This document shows positions 27,807-41,727 of a stretch of DNA of 64,000 nt, one piece after another. Every line of letters starts with the position of its first letter. Positions within the stretch are counted from its first letter, which is position 1. The stretch covers positions 100,688,001 to 100,752,000 of the forward strand of contig OX597819.1 of assembly GCA_951406725.2 (NCBI GenBank). Direction: 5' to 3'. The notes under the pieces are model-generated. The model had not been told where the DNA came from and ran no database searches. It saw only the letters and a list, made by a program, of their open reading frames with translations. This DNA is from Octopus vulgaris (Eukaryota). The translations under genes and the position numbers were made by a program.

Positions 27807-28143
27807 TGTATGTATGTATGTATGTATGTATGTATGTATGCATGTATGTATGTATAATTATATATATATATATATATATATATAAATATATGTATATATG
27901 TATGTATAAATATATATATATACATGCATATATACATATATGTATGTGTGTGTATGTAAAAATATGTCAGACGTTTTATAAAGTGTAAGTGGGTCCGCAT
28001 GTTAATCAATGAATATTAACAGGTTCATAGCTATGTGAATATGGACATATATTAAACGTCTACTTAGAGTTTATAGTATATGCATGTAGTATACATATGC
28101 GTGTATATGTGCGAATATTGTCTCCATCACAGTATATATATAT

Positions 28144-28208
<65 letters not shown>

Positions 28209-28313
28209 GTGTAATTTTGTGTACTCGTGCAGTGTACAGGTGCATATATGCCTCTGTGTGTGTGTATGCGTATATATACACGAACATATATATATATATA
28301 TATATGTAAACAC

Positions 28314-28373
<60 letters not shown>

Positions 28374-30470
28374 CTGTATCAGCAGAGATGCAGCAATAAT
28401 GGAGTGTGTATACTATATGCACAACTCGTTGCGTCTACTTCTTCTGTTACAATAGCCAGCAGCACACGCAATCACTGTGATATTGCGATGCGCAGATCTG
28501 TGCAGACATGGCAGAAATATAGAGAAGTGTGCGGCGTATCCACTGACTCTATTGAATGGACCAATGACAAGTGAGACTGCAGACAAGAGATTTAACCCAA
28601 TGTCCCAGAAACAGATGTCTTTATTGTGTTGTCTATCAGCCACCTTTCGCAACCCCGATTCTTATTTTACAATAAAATAAAAGACGACGGAGCGATGATT
28701 TAGTCATTTTTAATATGATGACTTATAGTTTTGACATTAATGTTTGCGTCTCATATAATGGCTTGAGAACTTTCAGCTACACCATCAAGCCGCACCACAC
28801 CCCAATAGCACAGCAAAACATTGCCCCTGCTACACTATATTTCATTCTCATCCCTCCTACGACACACAAAACTAAGCCAGGCTGAAGAATCACTACATGT
28901 CACACTTGTACTTAAACACCCATCTCCGACGCTATAACGAACACTGCATACACCCCTCACCATCATCGTTGTTATGAATACAATGAGAATTATCATAGTG
29001 TTGATGCTTCTAATCTCTGAGATGGTGATGGTGTTTGTGATGGTAGTGGCAGTGTAGGTGATGCAGTTAAGAATAATAGCTGTTTACATTGTGGCAATGA
29101 TGTTGGATGACAATTAGAGACGATGAAACTTCACTATTTTATGTTATGACGATATTAAGATACTGGAATTAGAAAATATTAAAATAAGGAAAGAACTCGT
29201 TAAGCGATTACAAGAAATGATGACACAAGTCATCGACTTCGACGTCCTTGTATCGAAAATGGTGCCGGACCATGCATTGTTAGGTCCTAGCGCAAACTCA
29301 GAGAAGTACAGGTGTGAGTACCATTTGATGGGCATATGTAGCTTAGATCTTTGTTGGACAGAAGGGAGTATGTGCTACGCATTCGAAGATGAGTGTCGTT
29401 TATCAGCGGTCTTTTGCTACATTCAAGTTATTGAGCTTTCCCGAAATCGGAATGATATCGTTCTAGAAGTCTTATGAAAGATATGGGTGGTATACATTAA
29501 ATAGGTTGAATCGATGACCCTGCAGTTTGGCACCCAGAGAAACAAGTCCACATTCGACTGTTATTTGTCTTGTTGCAGTTAAAGTGCTTGGCTACTAGAT
29601 AAGACAAAATATCTAGATGCATAAAAGTTAAGAAGTGGTCACAAGAAGTTGGATGCTATCGTTCAAAAATACGGTGAGTAGGAGTTTTCGCTATAAGACT
29701 AGAGACAGCTAGCTTACACTACGTTGTTTTGGGATTGCAGAACCACCGGACCAATTTAGAGCCTGGCTATAATCGTATTTGGTAGAGACACTTCTGTTTA
29801 TGAGGAGGTTAATGTCTGCAAAATTCACTACATGCTGGTCTCCGAATGTCGCGTCTAAGAAAAATAACATTCAAAGAAAATGAAAAGCGGGGTGGGTTGA
29901 AAGATAAATAAATTGATTAGCTTCCTCATTACTTAATAAAAACAAACCCTAACTAAAAAAATACTCTCTTTGAATTTAGAACTAGTTGCTAAATGTTACA
30001 AGCGTGCAAATTTTAAATTCTCGAGTCACGAATCATTCATAATAGGAGAGATGGTTAAATAAAATAAAATATATCTACGTCTACGTGTCGTCAATGTTTT
30101 ATATCAGCCATTTATATGATAGACATATCTGTCATATATACATTATTAATATAGTGATTTGTGCATGCAAACATCTATAATCACACATTAAGCATATACA
30201 TATACATATCAAACTAAAATCATTGAACAAGCAAATACAAAGTCAACCGCATGTCATTTCATAATTCGAACATTTAATTATAGAATAAACATATAACCCG
30301 CAAGATGGAACAAAATTCATATGTACAGCACGTAATAATAATAATATGGTATGGTGCGAGAAAAATTCTTATCATTAAAACTTAGAATTAATATTCTAGC
30401 GATTCAACGAGAATACATTTATAAAAGGACATGGAAGGTAAAATATAATGTAATTATTGTATCGATATAC

Positions 30471-30565
<95 letters not shown>

Positions 30566-30640
30566 AATAAAAGGAGTTTTACATTAGATTTAATGATTCC
30601 TCACTGTATCTGGTTAAGTACATATATATTAACAGAAAGT

Positions 30641-30695
30641 TATTGACAGTCCGATTATGGCTTAGCTGGTCGAAACTGCAAAGTCACTGTCAATA
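30641..30695 (+). ncRNA. Type I hammerhead fold with a mutated core (probably inactive)
   Basis: 10-bp stem I (tattgacagt/actgtcaata). Core CCGAUUA, GAAA, stem III ACU-GCAA-AGU, cleavage triplet GUC. Confidence 0.7.
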
Positions 30696-30734
30696 TTATT
30701 ACTACTAATAATATATCATCATCATATATACCTA

Positions 30735-31997
30735 CGAGAGGGTACTGAAGTATTCCTGGCTTTGGGGGAAAAAAATACAGAAAGATCAGTTAATTATGAT
30801 TTTACTCAACATATTCCCCTCTCAGATTTGTACTTTTATTGCAGCAAACCTCCTGTAAGCCCTGTAAAAAGAGCTCGCAAGGTTAGACTTCCAGCAGCCA
30901 GGCCGCTGTAGGGGGGATCACTTCGGAATCGCAGTTAAATTTCATGTCCTTGAGATGTTTTTTTTTTTCAGTTGTGGAAAGAGGAGATAGTCGGCATGGG
31001 GCCAAGTCTGGAGAGCAAGGTGGGTGGTCAACCAACTTGAAGCCAAAGTCGCGTATTTTCCGCAAGGTTTTATGTGCTGTGTATGCTGGTGCCCTGTCTT
31101 GCAAAAACAGGACATCACGGTTCAGATTTTCACAGAATTTCTACTCCAAAGCATCACGCTGTTCATTCAGCAGAGATATGTAGTATTCTACGTTGATGGT
31201 ACGAAACTTTGACAAGGAGTTCTTCGTCTTGCCCCAAAACACTGAAGCCAAAATATTTACAGCTGACTCCTGGATCCAAAACTTCTTCCATGTGAACCAT
31301 TTTGGCGCCACACAATTCATTGCTACTTGCACTGGGGATCATAATCATGAAACCAAGTTTCGACTAATCAGCCTCTCCCGCTGCAAACCGCTTCAAAATC
31401 GCCTTTGATATCATCACACTCATGTGCTTCTGATCTGGGTTGAGGCATTTCGGCACCTATTTTGTGGAAAGCTTTCTCATATAATGAATATTATGGATGA
31501 TGTAGCAAACTCATTCGTGGAAAATCTTTAGAATCTCGGCTATGACTTCAGCTGAAATCCGGTGGGCCTTGAGAATCATGACGTGCACATCGTCTGTCTT
31601 GTCGTCTGTGGTCGTGGAAGCTGGTCGCCCGGACTGGCGTTCATCTGTGACCTCAAAATAACCAGTCTGAAACTTCGAAACTCAGATTTTCATTGTGGAG
31701 TAAGATAGGTAGCCGTCCTTGATGACTTACTTCATCTCGCCATAGATTGCAAATCAGTCCCTTGCCTTGCAAAAAGAGGAACTTCATGACCGCGCTTACT
31801 TCAATTTTACTAAACTCCACTGTAGAATCTATTGTTATGTGTCAAAACGTCAATAAAAAGAAAGATACATTGCATACAATCGTGATTTTTTTATTGCAAA
31901 ATTTCTCTTAAATACTTGTCCTAACCCACCCTGTAAAAGTAACAGTTCTACCTTTCCCTATACTCTAAAAGCTACGAACTTTATCAGCACCCCCTCG
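30735..31997 (-). mobile_element. Full-length (~1.26 kb) decayed mariner transposon
   Basis: TIRs cgagagggtactgaagtattcctggc and the reverse complement of gctacgaactttatcagcaccccctcg. Minus-strand remnants QDRAPAYTA, HPPCSPDLAP and ILASVFW, with frameshifts and stops. Confidence 0.92.
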
Positions 31998-32806
31998 TGC
32001 GTGCGTGTGTGTGTGTAAAGTTAGTATAATATAAGTATATGGGAAAGAAATATAGTGGATTCTTAGTTGATTTTATTTGATTGCTTCAGGGAGGAAGGAT
32101 TTCATATACTTTTGCTCTTGTTCGTTGGCCTGTATAAATAAAGCAAGCAGAGTTAACTGTTGGAATAACCGTCTAAGGGATAAGAATATCCGTTCAATAG
32201 GTCAATCCCATTGCGGACAACAGGTGGTTGGTCTCTAGAATATTTCAATAAGTACACCATTATAAAAAGGTCATGGGTTTGGTTTTAGATAAATATTAAT
32301 TAGCTACTTTTACGAAATCATAAATGCTATCCATTTTCTAGACATATTGGCGATGCCTGTTTTACTCTAGCTCTATCTTTCTTTTACTATTATTTATACA
32401 CCCTGGTACCCCTATATAAAGTGATAAACCACAAATTATATCCCTAGTTTATTTGCTAGTTTACTCTTTTGCCTATCGACATCAAGCTCCACACTCCAAA
32501 ATGGTATGATTCTAATATATTGAGCCTTCTGGCCTCACTTCGAGGCCTTGTTCTTTCCTCTTCTCTCTTCCCTTCTTTTATTTTATGTATTTGTATTCAC
32601 GATGATGAAGCTCCATTTACTAGATAGAATGTGCTATAAAGATGACGAATATTATCTATGGAATTTTCTTTGTACGCACCGATTGACATTGGCAGACGAA
32701 ACGGTTGTAAGAAACGTTATGTTTTGCATTAAAAAATAAATAACCGATGTTGGTCAATTTGTTTGTTTGTTGATCAAAGGGTTTCTTTATTTTTTGCTTA
32801 TTTTAA

Positions 32807-32850
<44 letters not shown>

Positions 32851-32947
32851 TACATACATACACACATACACACTCACTTATATTTATAGGAGAGCGGAGG
32901 TTTATAATTTTCTTATGCATATGCATTTATTTACAGTAAATATATAT

Positions 32948-33008
<61 letters not shown>

Positions 33009-33027
33009 TATATGCACATATATATAC

Positions 33028-33077
<50 letters not shown>

Positions 33078-33370
33078 CTGTATAAAAATGTATGTATATA
33101 TGTATGTATGCATGCATGTATGCATGATGCATGTATAGCCATTCTTTTAATTTACAGTGACGCATATAGTTAATTCAGAAACATGCAATTATATTTTAAT
33201 CATTCTATGATCTGCACTGTTTGAACCATCCTTTGCTCTATACGTCCACAGCCTCAAACGTACCTGGAATTGTCACGATACTACGCACAGTACTCAATAT
33301 TACAAATACATTAAATTGCATATCTAGTTTTTACTGATCAAACGTATTGTTGATTGATATTTAGCATTTA

Positions 33371-33584
33371 GCAGAGGCTACGAGCCGGCTGAAACGTGAG
33401 CACGCCGGACAAAATGCTTAGCAGCTTTTTCTGTCGTTATTTTCTGAGTTCAATTTCCATCGAGGTCGACTAGGCTTTTTATCATTTCGGGGTCGATGAA
33501 ATAAGAATCAGTTACGCACTGGGGTTGATATAATCGACTAACACCCTCCCCACAAATTTCAGGCTTGGTGCTTTTAGTAGAAGG
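33371..33584 (+). mobile_element. SINE family A with 15-bp TSD
   Basis: gatatttagcattta at 33356-33370 and 33585-33599. Confidence 0.88.
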
Positions 33585-33606
33585 GATATTTAGCATTTAA
33601 CAAATT

Positions 33607-33821
33607 GGTGCCACTTGGTAGAATCATAACCAAGTCTCAAAAAATGCTTAGTAGCATTTCGCTTATGTTTACGTTCACAGTTCAAATTCCACCGAAGTCA
33701 ATTTTGCATTACTTCCTTTAAGGGTCGATGGAATAGGTACCAGTTGAGTACTGGGTCCGATATAAGTGACTTACTCGATCCTCCGAAATTGCCGGCCTTG
33801 AACCAACATTTGAAATCAATT
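33607..33821 (+). mobile_element. SINE family A with 18-bp TSD
   Basis: tttagcatttaacaaatt at 33589-33606 and 33822-33839. Confidence 0.85.
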
Positions 33822-34100
33822 TTTAGCATTTAACAAATTTGTACAAAAATCAACTCTTATTATAATTGACATTTTTTTCCCCATCTCTGTTTACGCAAGT
33901 AATAATGTCTGTAAACACATATAATTAAATCTCTGTGTGTATTTCTTTATATGTCCGCTTCCTCTCTCTCTCTCTCTCTCTCACTATGAATATGCATATC
34001 TACACCTCCATCTAACTAATCTACACACATACACACACACACGCACATATATATATATACATGCATATACATACATACATACATACATACACACACACAT

Positions 34101-34184
<84 letters not shown>

Positions 34185-34957
34185 TGCAGCCATATATATG
34201 ATTACACAGAAACATATGTGTGTTTGTGCGTGTGTATATGTGTATAGGAGAGATAGTGTGTTATGTAGGAAGTGTGGTACCTGGTCTGACAGAATGATTG
34301 AATGTTTATTATCCATACACTTATTCACGTATGGATATGATTGGATATATAGAGTAATTAAAAAATAAAGGGTTTCGTTGCTTTTTCGAATGAAATCGCA
34401 AATGATATGCACTTTTATTCATCAGTGAAGCCAGGAAACACAGCATCCCTCATCTCTTTGTAATTAATTGCAGTCACGATGGATGGCCAGGACATGAAAA
34501 CAATATAAATTAAATTTGAAAATTACAAATAAATAAATAAATAAACTAATGTATAAAGTATAACAAAAATACTATATAAAAATTAATCAGAAGGCAAAAA
34601 ACAGACACGTTATATTTGAAATATGTGTTCTCACTCATCTTTAATGATTTTACTGCCCATCATATCCCCGCATACACTATTATCATCACCAAACCCACCA
34701 CAGCTACTACTTTCCATAACTATTAGAATTACTGTAATTACGGTAACAGTAGCTTCGACCTGAAGAAGTAATAACTAGATTGTCAAGAATAAATTCAATA
34801 AATATCAACACAACTACTATGGCTTCAGCTTATATAGCAACAACACTGCAATGACCTCAGTATCAACAACCACTATGAGACTAACACTAGCACAATGACT
34901 ATTCCGATAACTATGGAACACTCAGTAGGACATCCTTATTATTGTGTGTCATATGAA

Positions 34958-35105
34958 TGGAGGTGTGACTGAGTGCACAGGAAATTTAATTCGCAAACTT
35001 GAGATTTCGGATCGATCTCACTGCGTGGCGTTCTGGGCAAGTGTCATTTACTACCCGAACCTCGTGTGTGAATGTGGATAGATGGAAATTGTATAGAAGC
35101 CTGTA
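34958..35105 (+). mobile_element. Decayed SINE family B head
   Basis: cactgcgtggcgttctgggcaagtgtc ... gtagaagcc. Confidence 0.6.
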
Positions 35106-35123
35106 GAAAGAACTGAACCCACA

Positions 35124-35285
35124 TGGGAGTTCTGAACGGTTCCTGGATTTAAGGTTATCGCGAAAGGCCTAGCTGGAAACCCAACCTTCCGAGCCTTTTT
35201 ACAGGTATTAGAAAATCTGAAGAACCGCTGCAGTAAGTGTGTGAATCTGACAAGGGGACATTTTGAAAAAAAATCAAAATATTCC
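35124..35285 (+). mobile_element. Mariner-derived MITE fragment
   Basis: TIR-like ...ttcctggatttaagg plus a segment matching the transposase 3' end of 30735-31997. Paralogue at 37525-37682. Confidence 0.7.
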
Positions 35286-35299
35286 ACTCTCAGTGCCGG

Positions 35300-35472
35300 G
35301 AAAGGGGCTAAGTCGATTATATCGACCCTAGTTCTCATCTGGTACTTATTTCGTCGAACACCACACTCTAAAAAGACTAAAGCAAAGTCGACCTCACCGG
35401 AATTTGAACTCAATTCGTAAAGACGGTCGAAATACTGCTAAACATTTTTCGTGACTTGCTAGCTCGCTGCTT
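35300..35472 (-). mobile_element. SINE family A, decayed
   Basis: gcaaagtcgacctcaccggaatttgaactc. Confidence 0.75.
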
Positions 35473-37231
35473 TAAGCGAATTCTCAATAATATGTAGTGA
35501 AGCCCTATTTCAAATATTGATGGTGTATTTGTGATAGAATCGTATTTTGTTATAAGCCTATTAAGTTAAACTATAAACAAACTGGAGACAACAACCACAG
35601 TCACATCAACAGCAACAGCATTTAAGCACTAATGACCTCTTGTTTATTATGTATAGACCAACCCATCTCTGAATTGCAAAAGCATAAATATGCTTAAAAT
35701 TATTATCAGTTCTTGCCATTAACTGAAGACCACACAGTTGTAAAAAAGACTTTTGCGTGTGGAATCGATCATGTGACATGACTTCTCGCTGATTCATTGA
35801 CGTTGAGTTTATCAGTGAGCTGTGTGACGAAAAAAAAACAATCAATAAATAACAAGGGGTTATGAATGCAGACTGTAGAGGACACGAATGGCAGACACAT
35901 GTCCTCAAAGTACGTCCTACACTCTTTAAAAAGAGTTCATAATCTGAATAAAATTTTTGTAAGTTTCTTACACAAAAAGCCAGAAAACAGATGGCTGCAG
36001 CTAGATTGATTTGTATTAGGTATACTAGATGGGAACTAAACCAGACCAATAACGTAGAATAACTATTGTTAACAACAGTCCACTCCTTCACAAACGTGTC
36101 CACGGCCCCGTGTCACGTGATCACTGCCAATGTCAATATAGCTGACAAGTTAAATAGCAACAGCAACAAACAACAGCAATATAATAATTAACACAACAAA
36201 AGTAACGTGCACAGATTCAAACACAACAGCGTATGAGAAAGAACAACAACAGCAACAAATAATTTGTCATTAAAATCAACATAGAAACAACTATGAGCCT
36301 ACTAAATAATATTAGTTTTATCAAAGCAAACTGCATCATCGCCAACACTGGTCTAAGTGACAAAAACACCATTACGAAATTCCATCAAACCCCATTCGTT
36401 ACACCGCTCGAAATCCACGTCTGAATTTTAATTCAATTTTCTTTCCCGTTTTTATAATTTTTTTTTTACAAGATCAACTATCCAATTAAACAAGGAATAT
36501 TATACCCAATTAAAAATAAATAAATGAATTAAAAATGAAATGTAATAAGGCAAGAAAATAAAGAAGAAACCGGCTATTGAATATTAAACATGTTAATGTC
36601 AGAGATACCAGGTTCGTGCCTGGCTCGAGTAAGAGACTTTCGTCAGAGTTAATTACAAACCTGTTAATGCATAATGTAAACTTGATCAACATTTTTAATG
36701 AAGTGATTTATTTGTTAATCGTTTACCATAATGATTGACTTACGGGAATCTGTGGTGTGGTAGATGCTGTGTAGGAGGAGTGAGAAATATCGGGGATGGG
36801 AAGATCATTTTAGGAGGAAGAGGAAGAGTAATATTTGTGAAAGTAATCAAGTAAAAACCGAAAGGAAAGGAAGAAACAATACACACATACACACATGCTT
36901 GAATACATACATACATACATACATACATACATACATACATACATACATACATACATACATACATACATACATACATACACGCATGCATGCATGCACACAC
37001 ACATACATATATACATAGGCACTACACATAAGCAGTTATGTATATCCACGGATCTACACCACATACCAGCACAGGCACACACACACACATAAACTTACAA
37101 ACACGAGCAAAAGTACTCAGTACAGGCGGTGGAGAGTATTCATACAAATGTGTGTGTGTGAGTTTGTGTGTGGTGTGTGTGTGTGAGTGTGTGCGCGTAC
37201 CTGTGTGAGTGATTGTGAGTGTGTGCGCGTA

Positions 37232-37273
<42 letters not shown>

Positions 37274-37524
37274 GTGTGTGTTTGTAATGTTGGTATTCCG
37301 AATGTTGGTATCGCAATGTTTGTTACTCCCTCAAATAACAGTTTGAACCACAAAACATTGAAAACGTCGATGTCACCATCAAAACGTTTGTATAATAATT
37401 TAGAGTTTATACACGTAGAGAGACATACATTCAATCAATATCCGTAGTATTCCTATGTATAAATTAAAACATTTACTGTTAATATTAATAAATCCAGCAC
37501 AAGTATTTGTGTGCTTGTGTGTTT

Positions 37525-37682
37525 GAGGAGGTGGAGATGGAAAATTCCTGGCTTTAAGGTTATCGTGAATGGCCTGGTTGGAGGCTCGACCTTCCGAGTT
37601 CATTTACATGGCTTAGTAAAACAGAAGGACCTTTGCAATAAGTGTGTGAACCCGAGAGGGGAATATGTTGAAAAAAATAATA
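37525..37682 (+). mobile_element. Mariner-derived MITE fragment
   Basis: aattcctggctttaaggttatcgtgaatggcctggttggagg...gaggggaatatgttga. Confidence 0.7.
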
Positions 37683-38029
37683 ATATATATATATGCATCT
37701 ATCTATATGTGTGTAATTGGCACTAAATGTCGCTAGGGTGTTATAAAAACCTACATTGCTAGAATGAGCCAGAATGCTCTAATGCTTTAGCTAATACACA
37801 TGAAAGAAAATGTCTACTTTAACAGGGACCACAATTGTCTGAAAAATACCGACATTAGCTACAGAATTAGAGCATAGCATTTTAGCTCTTATTTCTAACA
37901 GTGTATGTGTTTTTAACACCCTAGTCACATTTAGTGACAATTAAAATTCTACCTTTTGGTGAAACATTGCAATCTGCTGGTTACGTTAAATTTGTATGTA
38001 TATAAAATTGCAACCAGCTGTTTACTTAA

Positions 38030-38385
38030 TCTTTATATATAAAAGTGAAGTTGTGTGTGTCTCTCCTACGATTTAGATTCCTAACTACTCCCACATTTTG
38101 CAGTGCAGTGTAACCAAAAGCGGGTATCTTATAGTCGTGATTCATATCGAGCCCTTCTGTGTATTAGCGCGCGTCTACGATGAGTCTACGATTAGTCTAC
38201 GATTTAAAAAAAAAATTACCATCATTTTTTCCCATTTTTAATGCATTTTTTTGCTATTATATAAGGGAAGTAACTCTCTAAAAATGTATTATTAAATCTC
38301 AGAACGTAAAAACCTGCAGTAACCCCCCCTTTGTGGTTAGCCATATTGAGATGACTATTATACTTTAAATCTCTAATACTGCTAG
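38030..38385 (+). mobile_element. Probable non-autonomous Helitron
   Basis: A|TCtttatatataaaa 5' end, CTAG|T 3' end and no TSD. Internal tandem gtctacgat x3. The subterminal hairpin is not evident. Confidence 0.6.
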
Positions 38386-38940
38386 TTTTATATATATTTG
38401 TGTCACATAGCTAACTAAAGGAGGTCGCCTCTCGGAGCTAATCAATGGCAATATTCGTCCTATTTTTCTAGACCTCCACGTTAGTTTGGCGATAAATATT
38501 AATACCCAGTACTGCTGACGTATCTCTTCTTTAGAGCGATTTAGAAATAATATTTCTATATTTGAAAATCAGTGAATGTGTTCCACTGGATATATATATA
38601 TAAATAAACCTTCAAACAGACGGTGAACAGCGATGCCTGCTTGAGCCAGCTACACCGCATAGATAAGGGGCAACTACCCCGAAACCGGTGTGTGAATGCC
38701 GAGCCAGTAACGGGAATCTGATGAACTCTCCTGTTCGAAGATGTTATGGACGGAGATTTGTATGTTACATAGCTAGTTAGAGGACAGCATTCGTCCTATT
38801 TCTCTGGACTGCCACGTTAGTTTGGCAATATATGTATATCTATCTATCTATCTATCTATCTATATAAATATACATATATAAATATATATATATATATATA
38901 TACAGAGAGAGAAAGAGAGAGAGGGAGAGAGAGAGAGAGA

Positions 38941-39088
38941 GGCGCAGGCGTGGCTGTGTGGTCAGAAACTTTTTTCTCAAGCATCTGTTCCCATTGCCTG
39001 GCACCTTGCGCAATGTCTTCTATAGCCTCGGGCCGACCAAAGCCTTGTGAGTGGATTTGGTAGACGGAAAATGAAAGAAGCCCCTCGT
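38941..39088 (+). mobile_element. SINE family B, 5' half
   Basis: ggcgcaggcgtggctgtgtgg ... agcctcgggccgaccaaagccttgtgagtggatttggtagacgg. Confidence 0.88.
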
Positions 39089-39089
39089 G

Positions 39090-39162
<73 letters not shown>

Positions 39163-39589
39163 ATGTATATATATATATATGTATATATGTGTGTGTATAT
39201 ATGTATATTTATACACACAGACGCACACACATACACATATACACACACACAACACACACATATGAGGCTGGGAGAGAAGAAATAAGAGAATTGGATAAAG
39301 AAAAAAAGAGATTTATGCTATCGGATTATGGAAAAAAAAGTTTTTCTAGAAAGACTGGGATTAGATTCAAAACCTCTTGTTGCTGATTGCATGTTTTATT
39401 TAGAAAATTCCTTTTTTATACGTATACACAGATTGTAATACTGATGCAATAAATGTAATTATCATGTGATATGCAAGTCATGACCTTCAATTCTAAAGTC
39501 AATTATTATACATATTACATGGTTCTCATAGCAACATATATTATTGTTGTTATATTGTTATTATTGAGTGAGAGAGCATGCTATTATTA

Positions 39590-39624
<35 letters not shown>

Positions 39625-39627
<3 letters not shown>

Positions 39628-39977
39628 TAGTTTTATTTTTATTTTTATAGCGTGCTTTCACTTCACTACCGAGCGCAGCTCTGTGTGCCTTGGGTATGTG
39701 CTGTGATTTGTTGTGATGCTCTGATGGTTATTGTATGGAAAGTGTTCTGCGTAGGATGTGGGCAGTGCCTAGTAGTGCAATTTTCTGTATGTTATATGTG
39801 TTTGTAAGTCCTGGTGTTTTTGTTATGTATTTGTCTGAATATTTTTTTATCATGCCTAATGCACCTACTATGATAGGAATTGTTTCTGTTTTCAGATTCC
39901 ACATTCTAGTTACCTCTATTTCCAGGTCTTTGTATTTTGTTACCAGGTCTTTGTATTTTGTTTCCAGGTCTTTGTAT

Positions 39978-39982
<5 letters not shown>
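39625..39982 (-). mobile_element. 5'-truncated Dong/R4-clade (RLE-type) non-LTR retrotransposon in (TAA)n
   Basis: KYKDLEIEVTRMWNLKTETIPIIVGALGMIKK...IQKIALLGTAHILRRTL is typical of an R4/Dong C-terminus. (TTA)n lies on both flanks. Confidence 0.88.
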
Positions 39983-40021
<39 letters not shown>

Positions 40022-40683
40022 CGCAAGTAGTAGTAGTAGTAGTAGTTTGCACGGATGGGAGACGTTGTCAGACAGCATTTTAAAGGTATGTAGTGTTTCT
40101 CGAGTTCTGAAGTTTGTATGAAATTTTCTTCTTAAATATGATTATTTTAAAAGCTCCTAGAGGCTTTAGCTCCATACCACCTTTGTGTTTATTTATTAGC
40201 ATAATAATGTAAATACTCATCCGGGGAATATCTAAGGCAGAGGTAACTTGAGTTACAGTGCAATCTTCATTTTTGATTTGACATATTTACTCTATCGTCA
40301 TTTAAAATACTGTTTCTCTAGCTGACCAATATAGGTGATTAAAAATATCCCTAATAAATACCAAACTTGACAATATGGAAGTAAATTTTATGGAGATTTC
40401 GAAGTCGACGATAAAGATATTAAAATTGACGTGCTATTATCGACAACGTGATATACTGATCCAAAAGGGTGACTGTCGGCTCATGATTAGAGAACCAGCT
40501 AAAACAATTACCCATCGGACCATATTCACTTGCAGTGACGGTTAAGCTTTTAAATATATATTCACGTAATCGGTAGAGAAGGCAGTGACTATGATCCTTT
40601 AAAGGGTCTCGAGGAAGAAGAAAGGTTATTTATCCCATATCAATCCCTCTTTACATACATAAATATATACATATAAATACACA

Positions 40684-40761
<78 letters not shown>

Positions 40762-40762
40762 T

Positions 40763-40926
40763 ACGACGGGCTTCTTTCAGTTTCTGTCTACCAAATCCAC
40801 TGACAAGGCTTTTGTCGGCCCGAGGCTATAGTAGAAGACACTTGCCCAAGGTGCCACGCAGTCGGACTGAACCCGGAACCATGTGGTTCGTAAGCTAGCT
40901 ACTTACCGCACAGCCACTCCTACGCC
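40763..40926 (-). mobile_element. SINE family B, 5' half
   Basis: Near-consensus reverse complement of 43940-44102. Confidence 0.92.
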
Positions 40927-41022
40927 TAGTGGATTTCCACTTCGACATCTGAAACTCAGAGTTTTATCTTGACTATTGAGTATTTGTAACATATTATTTT
41001 ATATATATATATATATATATTT

Positions 41023-41155
41023 ACGACGGGCGTCTTTCAGCTTCCGTCTACCAAATCCACTGACAAGGCTTTGGTCGGCCCGAGGCTATAGTAGAAGACA
41101 CTTTTCCAAGTTGCCACGCAGTGGGACTGAACCCAGAACCATGTGGTTTGTTAGC
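41023..41155 (-). mobile_element. SINE family B, 5' half
   Basis: Same motifs as 40763-40926. Confidence 0.9.
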
Positions 41156-41693
41156 AACATATATATACATAAAAATTATACGTGCATCAAACCCTCTGCC
41201 TCAGCATACTTACATATACATATATGTGTTCGTAATAGCGTATAAGTTCTAACTAAAAGAGAGTGCCGTTTTAAATTCAGTGGAGCAGAGCATCAATACG
41301 CTAGTTCTTGAATAACATGATCATTAAAACTGATTATAGTTAGAAATGTGTTTCAGACATAAAGCTGGGTAGCCTTCCTCATATGGAATCAATTAATCCA
41401 TTTATACGTTTAAGCGTAATCTCGAAACATACGACTACTTCTTAGCCTTGTTCACGGGTCACTTATGAAACATATCTCTTTCAGTTATGCCATATAATTT
41501 TTTAAATTGATTTTGTATCAAACAGTTCGGTTAATCATACCATTAATTTCTGACGTCATCACATATGTTCCGGTAAGGTTGCTGCCACTAATTGCCCTTT
41601 GACAAGCATATGTTTGTGTAACATGTTTTCACTCGATGTTTTCCGTTTCTCCTTATATTTTCTGGACTCCCTCCACCCTCTTTCTCACTCACG

Positions 41694-41727
<34 letters not shown>

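Noticed and set aside
29150-29860. Coding-like unique stretch including an 86-aa ORF
   Set aside because: No recognisable motif and multiple stops. Possibly an ancient TE, but unsupported.
32600-32712. ATGATGA...GAAACGGTTGTA hammerhead-like motif
   Set aside because: The stems cannot be convincingly paired. Too degenerate to call.
34388-34428. CUGAUGA...GAAA on the minus strand
   Set aside because: No stem III, cleavage triplet or stem I. Only an AT-rich hairpin.
39920-39982. CRISPR-like array (also the triple motif at 33356-33839)
   Set aside because: No spacers or cas genes. Explained by junction duplication and SINE TSDs in a eukaryotic genome.
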